IMG/VR virus record: IMGVR_UViG_3300028571_002036
Coordinates: 1-64,000 of that record
Source of the DNA: a virus
Lineage: Duplodnaviria > Caudoviricetes
DNA: 64,000 nt
Strand: one strand, 5' to 3'
Under the pieces are notes generated by a model. That model was not told the origin of the DNA, did no database searches, and was given only the letters and a program-made list of their open reading frames with translations. Position 1 is the stretch's first letter. Each line of letters opens with the position of its first letter. Made by a program: the position numbers and the translations under genes. Of this stretch, positions 19,974-30,741 are shown one piece after another.

Positions 19974-20719
19974 TGTTAGAAACATTAACGGCAAATACCG
20001 AAGATGTTTCATCAAAAAAAAGGGGTAGGAAGGCAACTACTACCAACTATTTTGATGTTCGAGAGGAAGATGCGGTAAAAGCCTTCCTTTTAGAGGAAGA
20101 CTATGAGGAAAGAAATAAGATTTATAATGAATTTTTAAAAGACCCTTTGGATAAAATGATTTCATCAATTATCCGAAGGTATAAATTATATCGTAAAGAT
20201 ATGGATTTCAGAGAAATTCATGTGGATACTCATTCATTTTTAATAACTAAAGTTGATAAGTTTCAACCAGCAAAAAACAAAAAGGCATATTCCTATTTTG
20301 GTACCATTTGTAAAAATTATTTGATGGGTCAAATCATCAAAGACCAAAAAGATATGAATCGAAAAGTTTCCTATGAAGATATTTCACTTTCATTGGAACA
20401 AAGACCTGATATGATTTATACTATTGATTCCGACCAATTGGATATGGAGGTTGTAATCAAGAAATATTTGAATGATTTGAGAGAATTTATTAATTCAGAA
20501 TCTTTGTCCGACAACGAAGTAAAATTGGGATATGCCTTAATAGACTTATTCGAAAACTACGAAAGTATTTTTTCAAGCACTGACAATAACAAATTCAACA
20601 AAAATATTATTCTTCTGTCTCTGAGAGAAATGACAAATTTATCAACAAAGGAGATAAGAAATTCGATGAAAAAGTTCAAAAAGTTGTATACTGTTCTACA
20701 AACAAAGATGAAATATTAA
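19970..20719 (+). CDS. Phage RNA polymerase sigma factor, T4 gp55-like (late)
   Basis: 'NYFD', 'KVDKFQP...KAYSYFGTICKNYL' resembles the gp55 region-2 motif (F-D-P...AY-F-T-x-I-x-x-N); no region 4 is evident. Confidence 0.7.
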   Translation: MMLETLTANTEDVSSKKRGRKATTTNYFDVREEDAVKAFLLEEDYEERNKIYNEFLKDPLDKMISSIIRRYKLYRKDMDFREIHVDTHSFLITKVDKFQPAKNKKAYSYFGTICKNYLMGQIIKDQKDMNRKVSYEDISLSLEQRPDMIYTIDSDQLDMEVVIKKYLNDLREFINSESLSDNEVKLGYALIDLFENYESIFSSTDNNKFNKNIILLSLREMTNLSTKEIRNSMKKFKKLYTVLQTKMKY

Positions 20720-20765
20720 CTTTTCGTTTTTTTAAGTGATATTATAGTTAATACTATTTATAAGT

Positions 20766-21131
20766 ATGCCAAGACCGCAACGAAAAGAAATTAAATTTTC
20801 CAAGGACTCAATTTTGTCTTTGATGCAAGAGATTTACAATGAACTTGTAGAACAAAGAAACACTGCCATAAGGATTCAAAACAAAATGATATCTATGATG
20901 AAAGACGCCGAGGATATGAAAGAAATCGGAACTGTGTTAGAAAAACAACAAAAAATTGTTAATGATTGTGTGGAGAAAAAAATTAGTCTATCTCGACTAC
21001 AAAGCTCTATTTGGGAAAAAACTACCAATCAAGAAGAGTCTTTCTCACTTTCAGATATGGATGATGATTTATTTGAAAAACTTTTAGAAAAAGATTCCGA
21101 TGTTTCCGACGAACCAAAATATCGAATGTAA
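20766..21131 (+). CDS. Hypothetical coiled-coil protein
   Basis: 121-aa ORF preceded by the TATTTATA motif. Confidence 0.6.
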   Translation: MPRPQRKEIKFSKDSILSLMQEIYNELVEQRNTAIRIQNKMISMMKDAEDMKEIGTVLEKQQKIVNDCVEKKISLSRLQSSIWEKTTNQEESFSLSDMDDDLFEKLLEKDSDVSDEPKYRM

Positions 21132-21136
21132 TATCC

Positions 21137-23293
21137 ATGCCAATATTCAACAATCAATCTATAGACATCTCAAGTGGGTTTGAAAGTATCTCATCAAGGA
21201 TATCAGCGCTTCAAGCCTATAATGAAGCTCGTCAAGGTCAAATAGAGAGTGATAAAACTCGAGGAGACAGTTTAGCCCGTTCTTTAGAAATATTGGCAGG
21301 ACAAAAGTCATCGGTTGAGGCAAATCAGTCACGAAATAAAAGAAATCAAGAATCGAGTTTTGATAAATTAATTTCTTTAATTAATCAAAGTAGTTCTAAC
21401 TCTACCGCGTCGAATACTGCAACTCTTATACGACAAGAACTCTTAGGGTTGGTTTTCAAAATGAAAGACGAGATAAAAAAAATTATCTCCGAGGAAGCTT
21501 TTAAAGTACTCAACTGCGCACAACAAGAAACTTATCAAGGATTTCCAACCACACTTCTTGCAACTGGTTCAACATTTTCACTCTTACCACAACAAGATGG
21601 AATTTATGTAAAGGTAAGTGAGGTTGATTTTAATAGTTCGTTAAAGATAAAACCACAAACTGAGATAGGTAAATTATACTACGAAACCACCGGTATAACA
21701 TCCTTGGCGGTTTACAATAACTATGCTGGTAGACAACCTTTTCCAATGAACTTTGAACTCAATCAAAGGATTCAACAACAAAATACTACCTTTCGTGATG
21801 AATTTTCAGTTCCTTATAATGGTCGAAGTAGACAAGGTGTTTTTGATATTGAGTACACCACACAAGATAGTTTTGGGGCAACAGGTGACTATTTTCGAGT
21901 TTTTTTGTTAGATAGAGAAGGTACAGCCCCACCCCCCACAGGAGGCACCGTCAGTCAATTACTATATTCTGCAAATACAATTGCAGATACCTTGGGTGAT
22001 TACTACCAATCAATTGAAATATACAACTCTAAAATATTTTTGGGTAATTTATTAAATTTGGTTTCGGGCACTCTTTCACAATCCATTTCAATTCAACAAA
22101 TTGAAAATCAAAATAGATTTGTGACGATTCTTAATAGAATTATCGGAAGATGTGAACCAGGTCAAAGTGAAATTGATGTTTCAGGTGTTGCTAAACTTTC
22201 GGAGTTAGATTTAGATGATGATGAATTTTTCACATTTACAGAAACAGAATTAAACGATATTAATACAGAATCTGTAAATCAAAAACAAGGCGTAATTGAA
22301 TTTATAGATTGTGATACGGTCAAACTCCCAATAAATAATAGTATCTTACTTCAAGAGGCACAAAATCTTGCAGATAACATAGACAACCTTAGTGTCGAAC
22401 AACAAGTCCTCGAGATTGACAGAATTTTAGATTCAATAACCCAAGAGTTTTCACAAACTGGTTTTGGGGGTGTTTCGTTCAATGCTACCAACCCATTTAA
22501 CCAAAGTTTGTTAAAAAAAATTCTGTTGGCTTTATTATCATCACTTTTCACTCCCAAGGTCTTACTACCAATTTTTGTTTTCAAACAATATCTTAATAAC
22601 CAAGTTGTTGGATTTGCAAACACACTTATTACATCCGCTAACACGATAATCACCTCAGCAAATACCTTAATTAATTCCGCAAACACAATTAATAATATAA
22701 TTGCCGCCCAAATTAATAATGGTGTGGATTTTGCTCGCCAATACAAAAAGTTTGTCTTCAATGTTGTGGGGAGAATCGTAAATAGATTCTTGGAACTTCT
22801 TTTCAATATGTTAAAGAAAAATTTATTAAGACTTTTAAGGGAAATCCTAAGAGACATTGCCCGTTCAAGTAAAGACGCAAGACTTAAAGCGATTAACGCA
22901 ATATTGGACTATGCCCAACCCCTAATACAAGGGTTTTTAAACTATAGAGAATGTAAGTCTTTAATACAACAAATTCAAAGAATCATTTCCCTACTTAGAG
23001 GTACACCAAGAACTCCACAATCAGGGGTTAATTTGGCACTTTTAGCTTTGTCAGATTTTCTTCCAGGTATAAGTCCCGAAAGGGGTGTCTTGAATTCCAT
23101 TGAATATATGGAGGCATATGGACTCAAAGTGGGTGCATTACCTGACGGGTCACCAAATAGAATGATAAGATTCAACACTGCAATTCAAAAAGGTGGTTAC
23201 GACGAATTTATTCAAAATGGAAAAATAAATGGTGGGGTGATTGTACCACCAGTTACTGGTGGTATTGTTAAAATATTTGGTAAAGCATTTTGA
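21137..23293 (+). CDS. Large hypothetical protein, probably virion/baseplate-associated
   Basis: 718-aa ORF upstream of the gp5-like gene; contains a heptad-like 'ANTLITSANTIITSANTLINSANT' repeat. Confidence 0.55.
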   Translation: MPIFNNQSIDISSGFESISSRISALQAYNEARQGQIESDKTRGDSLARSLEILAGQKSSVEANQSRNKRNQESSFDKLISLINQSSSNSTASNTATLIRQELLGLVFKMKDEIKKIISEEAFKVLNCAQQETYQGFPTTLLATGSTFSLLPQQDGIYVKVSEVDFNSSLKIKPQTEIGKLYYETTGITSLAVYNNYAGRQPFPMNFELNQRIQQQNTTFRDEFSVPYNGRSRQGVFDIEYTTQDSFGATGDYFRVFLLDREGTAPPPTGGTVSQLLYSANTIADTLGDYYQSIEIYNSKIFLGNLLNLVSGTLSQSISIQQIENQNRFVTILNRIIGRCEPGQSEIDVSGVAKLSELDLDDDEFFTFTETELNDINTESVNQKQGVIEFIDCDTVKLPINNSILLQEAQNLADNIDNLSVEQQVLEIDRILDSITQEFSQTGFGGVSFNATNPFNQSLLKKILLALLSSLFTPKVLLPIFVFKQYLNNQVVGFANTLITSANTIITSANTLINSANTINNIIAAQINNGVDFARQYKKFVFNVVGRIVNRFLELLFNMLKKNLLRLLREILRDIARSSKDARLKAINAILDYAQPLIQGFLNYRECKSLIQQIQRIISLLRGTPRTPQSGVNLALLALSDFLPGISPERGVLNSIEYMEAYGLKVGALPDGSPNRMIRFNTAIQKGGYDEFIQNGKINGGVIVPPVTGGIVKIFGKAF

Positions 23294-23294
23294 T

Positions 23295-23504
23295 ATGACA
23301 CAAGAAGAATTTAAAATATTAGTTGAGGTTGCAAAAGACGCAAAGAATGTTCCCAATATGAGGTTGGAACAGACCATGGACCAATTATCAAAAGAATTTG
23401 AAACAACAAAACAGAGTATTTTGGGGTTAAGTTTTTATTTGGACAAAATTGAGGAATTGTATAACACAATGTTAAAAGAGTACCAAGAAAGAAATGGCGA
23501 GTAG
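23295..23504 (+). CDS. Hypothetical protein
   Basis: Short ORF from ATG 23295, coupled to its neighbours. Confidence 0.55.
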   Translation: MTQEEFKILVEVAKDAKNVPNMRLEQTMDQLSKEFETTKQSILGLSFYLDKIEELYNTMLKEYQERNGE

Positions 23505-24993
23505 AATTTGGTTTTATGCCGTAGTAATTGATAACCAAGACCCCCTTAACTTGGGTAGAGTCAGAGCAAATCTGCTTACTGACGATGTCAGCGCTATCAA
23601 AAAAAGTTATGATGGTTTTGGTCCTCAAGACTATTGGACAGCAAAAGACCCTTTTGTATTTAATTCACTCTTACCACTTTATGTTTGGACCGTACCGAAA
23701 GTTGATGAGTTAATCCAAATTTATTATCACGAGCCAGAAACAACTCAGTTTCTCAACGCATACTACATCCAAGGACCTTTCAACAGGATACAGAATATAG
23801 TACAAGAAAACTTTAATGAATCTCAAAAGTACACCGATATCTCAGGGGTTCAAATCATTGGAGCTCAGAATTTAAGAAATCCTGATGGCACCTACAAAAA
23901 TCCTGACCCTGATGGAGTATTTCCTGACCCAGGTGATGTAGCCGTATTAGGTAGAGGTAGTACCGATATTATTTTCAAAGAACATACAACCCTTATAAGG
24001 GCTGGAAAATATTCAGGTGAGTTAGTATCAAACCGAGACCCCAAAGGAAACAAGAACAGAGCATTTATTCAACTGAGCAAATTTCAGAACAAAACATCAA
24101 TTGGGGATACTGTAAGACAAGCCGACATCGGTATTCAAAACTTACAGGTAAATTACCTTATAGAGTACGATATCAACAACCCTGAGAATACATTCAACCT
24201 TTTTAACGGAACAATCCGTCTTTATAGACTCATACCCAACACAGCAACCACATCTCAGAATCTAAAGGTAGATTCCGATGTTGAACAATATAAGTTTATC
24301 AAAGCTTCTCAGAGTTTTAGTTTTTTAAATTTAGACAACACCATTAAATTTATTAATCAATTCATTAGTGATTGTAATAGTAAATTGAAAACCGAAACAG
24401 GAGTTGTATTGTTTAATGTATTGGATGAGAAATTCCCGATGTATTTTAGACCATCAAACAATTTCTACAACCAAATGAAAACCACATCACAGAATGTGAT
24501 TAGACAAAACCTTACAACAATATTTTCAAAGGTTAAACTCATCCCCACCGATAAAGTGGGGGGTTATGGTTTGATATTTCAGCAAGGAAGAGTCGGAGAC
24601 CCGATTAAAATTACACCCAAGAGTTTTAGAAAAATCGAAACAAATGCGTTACCTGAAACCTATGGTTCATTCGGGGCACAACATGTTTACCTTCTTTCCC
24701 AACTTTCTCAAATACCGGGAAAAGGAAAAATTAATTTTGACAATAGTCTCTACGGAATCGACGAACAAAAATTTTCATTAGAAATTGAACCTAACACCTC
24801 AAGTATGGTAAGGGGTGAAGAACTACTTCAACTACTTAATGTAATTGTAAGGTTCTTAGTTTCACACACCCACGGATTTCCTGGTGAACCCCCAATTTCA
24901 ATTACCGAGGACGGTTCAACTGTTGACAACCTTATCAGAGAACTCAATGACGCATATAATAAAGTACTGAATCAATATATTCGTTTGAATTGA
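23494..24993 (+). CDS. Baseplate hub/central spike protein (gp5/gpV OB-fold)
   Basis: N-terminal 'VIDNQDPLNLGRVRA...VPKVDELIQI' (gp5 OB-fold); C-terminal 'HTHG' spike-tip HxH. Confidence 0.75.
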   Translation: MASRIWFYAVVIDNQDPLNLGRVRANLLTDDVSAIKKSYDGFGPQDYWTAKDPFVFNSLLPLYVWTVPKVDELIQIYYHEPETTQFLNAYYIQGPFNRIQNIVQENFNESQKYTDISGVQIIGAQNLRNPDGTYKNPDPDGVFPDPGDVAVLGRGSTDIIFKEHTTLIRAGKYSGELVSNRDPKGNKNRAFIQLSKFQNKTSIGDTVRQADIGIQNLQVNYLIEYDINNPENTFNLFNGTIRLYRLIPNTATTSQNLKVDSDVEQYKFIKASQSFSFLNLDNTIKFINQFISDCNSKLKTETGVVLFNVLDEKFPMYFRPSNNFYNQMKTTSQNVIRQNLTTIFSKVKLIPTDKVGGYGLIFQQGRVGDPIKITPKSFRKIETNALPETYGSFGAQHVYLLSQLSQIPGKGKINFDNSLYGIDEQKFSLEIEPNTSSMVRGEELLQLLNVIVRFLVSHTHGFPGEPPISITEDGSTVDNLIRELNDAYNKVLNQYIRLN

Positions 24994-25014
24994 TATTTAT
25001 AAAGAAAAAGTATA

Positions 25015-26529
25015 ATGTCAATTTATCGGTCGTATTTCAATAGAAATAATACTTTATTATCGAATCTCTACACCAACACCGCGAGAAACCCCGTGGTACA
25101 ACTCAATTTTGGTAGTAGTGACCTTGTTGTACCCAATTTTGGATTCACCCGTTTTATATTTGATTTGGACTTAGAGGGTCTAGAGGAAATGATTGCCGAT
25201 AAGGTTATCTCCACAGGTTGTACCACAGGGATGACACACACACTTATGATGACAAACACATCATCATTTGACGATGAACTCCTTAACACCAACATGACTG
25301 ACGGAAGAAAAAGAGCAACATCATTTGATTTAATACTCTTTAGAATACCAAAATTCTCAGGAACCACAGGTTCACCACAAATATGGGATGAAGGTGTTGG
25401 ATACGACTATAATGATTTTGGGACAACCCAAAATGGTCTTGCAGGGATGCAATCATCATTGGAACAACTTAACAATAAAAGTTTTTCTTTAAGACCATCA
25501 AACTGGTACCAAACAACTACCGTAACAAATTGGTCTGAACCGGGAATCTACAACAATACAAACTCCCTTACAGGACTTACAGGTCTTAACTACTCATCAA
25601 TTACAATTGTAGATGAACAAAGATTTGAATTGGGTAACGAAGATATCCAATTTGATATGACCAATGAAATTAACGGAATATTAAACGGGTCAATAACAGG
25701 AGTCACAGGATGGGGTATCGCCTATAAACCCGATATCGAAAACATCACAGGTCTAACAGAATCATACTCTGTTGGATTTTTTGGAAAATATACACAGACA
25801 TTCTATCAACCATATCTTCTTACCGATTACGATGATTTGATTAAAGACGACAGAAACCTGTTCCTTAAAAACCAAACAAACAGACTCTACCTTTATGTTT
25901 ACCAAAATGGTGATTTTGCCAATTTAGATAATCTACCAGGTGTAAACATAGAAAACCAAAATGGGGACATCGTACCGGGGGGGTCAGGACTTACAACTTG
26001 TCAGGTCACAAAAGGTGTATATGAGGTTACTGTTCCAAATATTTTTACCAATCAACCTGTACCATGTTTGTTTTATGATATATGGACAGGTCTTACAATC
26101 AACGGACAATCCTTACCTAATGTAACAAACCAATTTGTTCTTCAAGCCTACAGTGCGGGAATTCAAATAGGTAGTAACTCCCAAGAACCGAGTAAATACG
26201 GATTCAGTTTCTACGGTATTTTACAAAATGAAAAAGTACTCAATACAGAAATTAGAAAGATTGGAGTTGTTGCTAAGAAACAATGGACTTCCCAACATCA
26301 GTTGGAAAACATTGACATTTACTATAGAGTTTATGTGAGAGAGGGAACTACTGAAGTTCAGGTACAAAATTGGACCCCTGTAAATCGTACTCCTAATGAA
26401 TATTATTTCATCTTTGATATGAAAGACAAGATTCCGAATGAATATTTTGTTGACATCCGAGTGAATACTAGTGGTGAAAAAGATATTTATAAAGACACAA
26501 TTCAATTCCAAATTGTTAACAAAAAATGA
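25015..26529 (+). CDS. Probable virion structural protein
   Basis: 504-aa beta-rich ORF ('WDEGVGYDY') following the spike gene; TATTTATA upstream. Confidence 0.55.
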   Translation: MSIYRSYFNRNNTLLSNLYTNTARNPVVQLNFGSSDLVVPNFGFTRFIFDLDLEGLEEMIADKVISTGCTTGMTHTLMMTNTSSFDDELLNTNMTDGRKRATSFDLILFRIPKFSGTTGSPQIWDEGVGYDYNDFGTTQNGLAGMQSSLEQLNNKSFSLRPSNWYQTTTVTNWSEPGIYNNTNSLTGLTGLNYSSITIVDEQRFELGNEDIQFDMTNEINGILNGSITGVTGWGIAYKPDIENITGLTESYSVGFFGKYTQTFYQPYLLTDYDDLIKDDRNLFLKNQTNRLYLYVYQNGDFANLDNLPGVNIENQNGDIVPGGSGLTTCQVTKGVYEVTVPNIFTNQPVPCLFYDIWTGLTINGQSLPNVTNQFVLQAYSAGIQIGSNSQEPSKYGFSFYGILQNEKVLNTEIRKIGVVAKKQWTSQHQLENIDIYYRVYVREGTTEVQVQNWTPVNRTPNEYYFIFDMKDKIPNEYFVDIRVNTSGEKDIYKDTIQFQIVNKK

Positions 26530-27005
26530 GAAAAGTTATCAGACTAACCGAAACAGATATTAAAAATATAGTTCTAAGAGCTTTAAAAGAGGCGGAACAT
26601 GAACATAACCGTTACATGTTTTTTAGTAACTTAGAACAACTAAAAAGACAGGCTGAGAGGTTATTAGAACTTGACTCAGACGAAATTCATTCTATTTTGG
26701 AGGATGGACACGATTGGGCAGATGACCATATCACCGTTGCTAAAGAAAATCTTGACCAAGTATTTGATTTTATGATGAATGAAATTCACGGGGAAGATGA
26801 CGAAGACATGATGATTGATGATATTGCTGTTATGGAAGGTAGGAAAAAAGCGGGTACTAAATTATGCGCTCGTGGTAAAGCCGCCGCCATGGCGAGGTAC
26901 GACGTATTTCCCAGCGCATATAGTAATGGTCACGCAGTACAAGTCTGTAAAGGTAAAATCAAAGGTTTGGACGGTAAGAAAAGATGTTCAGGAGCCTATT
27001 GTTAA
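26526..27005 (+). CDS. Hypothetical protein with N-terminal 'IRLTE..IK.IV.R.LKE' motif and C-terminal 'PSAY' Cys domain
   Basis: 'MRKVIRLTETDIKNIVLRALKE'; 'LCARGKAAA..RYDVFPSAYSNG.AVQVCKG'. Confidence 0.65.
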   Translation: MRKVIRLTETDIKNIVLRALKEAEHEHNRYMFFSNLEQLKRQAERLLELDSDEIHSILEDGHDWADDHITVAKENLDQVFDFMMNEIHGEDDEDMMIDDIAVMEGRKKAGTKLCARGKAAAMARYDVFPSAYSNGHAVQVCKGKIKGLDGKKRCSGAYC

Positions 27006-27047
27006 TTTGAAAAGTTTTATTTACCTTTGTTGTCAAATACAATGGTA

Positions 27048-27449
27048 ATGAAAAATCTCAAACACACATTTCGTCGTTTTATTCAAAAACAGGCTTTGAA
27101 ATTATTTCGGTATCTGAATACCGAACAAGAGAGGTCAATTTATGAACGGGACTGTATTGCTATTTGTAAAAAGTTTATTTATGAACCCGATTCAATAATG
27201 TTATTAACACCCATTTCTGGTAAAAGATACATTAGAAGTGAAAACAATCAAATTTTTATTATTTTAGAATCACATCGTGTAAAAATTATCAATCATGTAT
27301 ATGCTTATGATGTACTTATGAATGACAGGTCATGGAACCAATTAATCAAACTTTTTGATAACGAAGTTGAAAAACGAAGAGAGGATTTCGAAAAACAAAT
27401 CACGAAAAATATTAAAACTTCACTCCAAAAAATTATTGCCGAAAAATGA
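27048..27449 (+). CDS. Hypothetical protein
   Basis: ORF preceded by the TACCTTTG promoter-like motif at 27022. Confidence 0.6.
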   Translation: MKNLKHTFRRFIQKQALKLFRYLNTEQERSIYERDCIAICKKFIYEPDSIMLLTPISGKRYIRSENNQIFIILESHRVKIINHVYAYDVLMNDRSWNQLIKLFDNEVEKRREDFEKQITKNIKTSLQKIIAEK

Positions 27450-27799
27450 AACATCCATTTCACACTCTATACTATACAGGTCTTTCCGTTCTAATTTCAC
27501 TATTAATTTTTGGTGGATTATTAATTTATAATCTTTCAAATATTGTACACCTTATACCGAAAGAAAAAACATTTAAAAAACATTCAGATATATTAATGAA
27601 CCCTATTGTGTTGGAAACATTTACACCAAAACCTTTTATCGAGGTCAAGGTGTCTAAAGTTGAACCAAAAATTGAATCTAATCTCGAGAGCCCTAAACCA
27701 AAAGTTGTTGGTGACTCAATACCAAAATCAACCCCTAAGGACTCAAATCATATAACGGAACAAATGCGACAAGTAAAAGGAACTAACGATTCAATATAG
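27446..27799 (+). CDS. Hypothetical membrane protein
   Basis: N-terminal hydrophobic helix 'GLSVLISLLIFGGLLIY'. Confidence 0.55.
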   Translation: MKHPFHTLYYTGLSVLISLLIFGGLLIYNLSNIVHLIPKEKTFKKHSDILMNPIVLETFTPKPFIEVKVSKVEPKIESNLESPKPKVVGDSIPKSTPKDSNHITEQMRQVKGTNDSI

Positions 27800-28412
27800 A
27801 CTCTTTGAGAACTTTTTGAATTAAGTCCCTTAATCCCTCATTTTTTTTCTTTGGTTTGTAAGAGGTCATAGTTGGTTTGTTACCTTTTCCAACTTTTGGG
27901 TCCTTTTTCTCAGCCGCTCTTTTTTGTGCACAAGCCGCTTTCTTCTCGGAATCAGACATCTTAGAAGCAACTCCCGCAGCTCTACATTTAGGGTATCCTT
28001 TAGATTCCCCTTCAGGTCGACCGCAAGGAGGATGTCCACCACCTTCTTTTTTTCTACAAATATTAACCCAAGGACCTGAAGGTTGTTTACTACCTTTAGG
28101 TTTTTTTTTAGTACCAAACCAAACCGCCAAATCCTCTTTTAAAATATCTTCTTTAAAAATTTTCTTTCTCATATTTTCAACTTTTTTAACATTTGATTTA
28201 GTTTGTTTTTCATCTTTGGCAATTTCTTGTTTTGTTTTTTTTATCTCACCATCATACGAATCAAAGGCGGTTCCATTATTGATATAACCCGAAACTTTCT
28301 CGGTGTAAGGTATTAGTTCTTTATCTTTCCAAATTCGTGGAGTAATATTCAATTTACCTTTAAAAACACCATCGCTCGATGATGTAGTACTCTCGTTGAT
28401 TTTTATTTTCAT
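27783..28412 (-). CDS. Hypothetical basic protein ('EDL..WF...WV.I...PCGR...YPKC' domain)
   Basis: Cys-containing basic domain seen in T4-like phages; C-terminal 'LRDLIQKVLKES'. Confidence 0.65.
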   Translation of the reverse strand: MKIKINESTTSSSDGVFKGKLNITPRIWKDKELIPYTEKVSGYINNGTAFDSYDGEIKKTKQEIAKDEKQTKSNVKKVENMRKKIFKEDILKEDLAVWFGTKKKPKGSKQPSGPWVNICRKKEGGGHPPCGRPEGESKGYPKCRAAGVASKMSDSEKKAACAQKRAAEKKDPKVGKGNKPTMTSYKPKKKNEGLRDLIQKVLKESILNR

Positions 28413-28444
28413 AATCCTATATTTTAATAAATATTTAAATTTTT

Positions 28445-28681
28445 ATGCAAGACTTAAATTCTTTACCTTTATTCGATAGAATTCAAATTCAAAATTCAGA
28501 AGATTTTGATAATTTAATAGACGCTCTGACAAAGGAACAGGGAGATTATATTATTAAAATTGCTCTTGAGAAGGCGTTCAATTCAGGTATCTATAGTTTA
28601 AGTGAAAGTGAAATACTTTCAAAATCTCTCAGATTAAAAAATAAAAATACTGAAACAATTTCAGAAAATGACACTGAATGA
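28445..28681 (+). CDS. Hypothetical protein
   Basis: 78-aa ORF. Confidence 0.55.
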   Translation: MQDLNSLPLFDRIQIQNSEDFDNLIDALTKEQGDYIIKIALEKAFNSGIYSLSESEILSKSLRLKNKNTETISENDTE

Positions 28682-28853
28682 GATAAGTAAAAGAATAATA
28701 GATGGGGAATACATTTTAACCGAAGTTGTCAGAAATGGACACAAACCTTTTTTTGGTGATGAATATGAAAAAATAAGAACTGAAGTTGGTGTATTAAGGT
28801 GTCTATATTTTGGTGAAGATTCACCATATTGTAATTCAAGATATAAAAAATAA
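28668..28853 (+). CDS. Hypothetical protein
   Basis: 61-aa ORF ending at the bidirectional terminator. Confidence 0.45.
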   Translation: MTLNEISKRIIDGEYILTEVVRNGHKPFFGDEYEKIRTEVGVLRCLYFGEDSPYCNSRYKK

Positions 28854-28883
28854 AAAAAGGGGACCGAAGTCCCCTTTCTTTTT
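28852..28883. terminator. Bidirectional intrinsic terminator downstream of the major capsid gene
   Basis: A7-GGGGAC-CGAA-GTCCCC-TTTCTTTT; on the minus strand it is a cUUCGg hairpin followed by U7. Confidence 0.9.
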
Positions 28884-28896
28884 GTAGTTTGAGATA

Positions 28897-30711
28897 TTAT
28901 CTCAATTCTCTCAAGTCGAACGTTCTAACACCATCAACAGTGATTCTACCATAGAACCTGTTATTTACAACCTTCTTAGCGTATCTGGTCATGATACCCT
29001 TGATAGGTGTAAAGTTGAATGGGTTGTACATTGTTGGAGTGAGTTGTAAAGGTACATATGGAGCGTAGATGTATCCAGTATCCAATAATGAAGTACCTTT
29101 GTGTCCTAACAACACCTGGTTTGCAGGGAAGTAAGGGTCACGGTAAACTTGGTATCTACCAGCCAATGTTCCAACTCTCTCAATACCCATGTTATATTGG
29201 TCTTGCTCAGGAGCTGCGTTTGATACGTGGAAGTACTCCAAGTCATCAAAGATTGCAGAAACCTCAGAAGATACAACAATCCAGTTTGCGCCTCCTCTAA
29301 GAGTTGACTTGTGGATTTGAGCTGAAATTTGGTTGATTGCAGTGATAAGAGTTTGGTTCCAGTCCTTTTGAGTGTAAGGAGTTGTACCAGCGTTAAATCT
29401 CTTCCATCCGTTGTAGTCCCAACGAAGGTTCCAAGAAGCAGCTTTTCTCAAGTCTCTTAAGATTTCGCGGTCGATTTCAGCAGCCACTTGCTCAGACAAC
29501 AAAGCTGTCAATTCAGCTTCAGCGTCGATGTTGTGGAACGCAGCTACGTCCTGAGCCATTTCAGGTGACCATTGAGCTCTAAGTTTTCTTTCAGTAACCG
29601 AAACAGTCACAGACTGAAGGTCAAAAGAAACTTCACCAATTTTATCTTCAAATTCAAGATTCTTGTAGATTCTGTAAGTTGCTAAGAACGCGTTGTTGTT
29701 AGCGGTTGAAGAGGAGAATGTTGAACCCGTGTACCCGTCGAGTGATGAATCACCACAAGAAATACAAACAGGAACTTGAAGGTCAACTTCGAGGTAGATT
29801 TTACCTTCAGCGTCACAAACATTGTAGTAAGTACCACCGTCAGTCAAACTATTTGGGAATGCTAAAGGTACATTCTCACCATACTCAACAATACCCTTAC
29901 CGTATCTTTGTGTTACAACTCTGAACAAGTAGTTGTTCGAAGTGTTTCCAGAAGTGTAAGCGTTTCCAGCAGCACCACGGATTTGAAGGTCAGTTAAGAA
30001 TTCTTCGGTATCCATCGGTTGACCGTTTGGTCCGATAAGTTGACCAGCACCTGCAGATGCAAATCCCGATAACATAATAAGAACTTTTCTGTAGTTGTCA
30101 GACGCATATGCAGAAACAACTAATTGGTCAGCTAGCCAAGCAACTGTTCTTGTTCCACCATCAACTCCTGATGTAACACCTGGAGTTAATGCCGAAAATG
30201 AACCTTTAGAGTAGTCGTAAAGACCTGGAGGGTCTAAAGCAGGTTCGTTACCTTCGTAGAATCTATCGTAAAGGTCTTTTTGTGTGTTATAGTCATAACC
30301 ACTGTTTGGGGTTTGACCAGCAGCTGCATTAGGTGCTCCAAAAGGTGCAAAGTGCTCAGTTGTTCCTGGTTGATATGACTGAATGTTTGGTACGAAGTAG
30401 AACAACTTACCGATAGGAAGGTTCATTGCTTGTACAGAAACGATGTCGTTAGCCAAAAGCTTAGAGAATACTCTCCTTACAATTGGGAATACAACAGTTT
30501 CGAATGAACCGGTATCAGCAGTCGAAGCCGCTTCGTTAATCAAATATGACGCTTGGTTTTCATACAACTGTGCGATATTTTCTTTTAGGTGTCCGTTAAG
30601 CCCGTCAAGGAAACCTAACTTGTCCCATTTGTTAATTGTATCTTCTTTGATAACTTTAAGGTGCTTAAGACCGATGTTACCAACAAGACCACTTTCTAAT
30701 AATGCTCCCAT
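28897..30711 (-). CDS. gp23: Major capsid protein, T4 gp23-like
   Basis: 'PIVRRVF..L.ANDIVSVQAM..P.G..F', 'RKLRAQWS.E.AQD..A.H.IDAEAEL..LLSEQV..EIDREI', 'YAPYVPL', 'F.P.KGIMTRY'. Confidence 0.96.
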   Translation of the reverse strand: MGALLESGLVGNIGLKHLKVIKEDTINKWDKLGFLDGLNGHLKENIAQLYENQASYLINEAASTADTGSFETVVFPIVRRVFSKLLANDIVSVQAMNLPIGKLFYFVPNIQSYQPGTTEHFAPFGAPNAAAGQTPNSGYDYNTQKDLYDRFYEGNEPALDPPGLYDYSKGSFSALTPGVTSGVDGGTRTVAWLADQLVVSAYASDNYRKVLIMLSGFASAGAGQLIGPNGQPMDTEEFLTDLQIRGAAGNAYTSGNTSNNYLFRVVTQRYGKGIVEYGENVPLAFPNSLTDGGTYYNVCDAEGKIYLEVDLQVPVCISCGDSSLDGYTGSTFSSSTANNNAFLATYRIYKNLEFEDKIGEVSFDLQSVTVSVTERKLRAQWSPEMAQDVAAFHNIDAEAELTALLSEQVAAEIDREILRDLRKAASWNLRWDYNGWKRFNAGTTPYTQKDWNQTLITAINQISAQIHKSTLRGGANWIVVSSEVSAIFDDLEYFHVSNAAPEQDQYNMGIERVGTLAGRYQVYRDPYFPANQVLLGHKGTSLLDTGYIYAPYVPLQLTPTMYNPFNFTPIKGIMTRYAKKVVNNRFYGRITVDGVRTFDLRELR

Positions 30712-30741
30712 TTTAATTTTTGTTTTTAGGAATTTATATTT

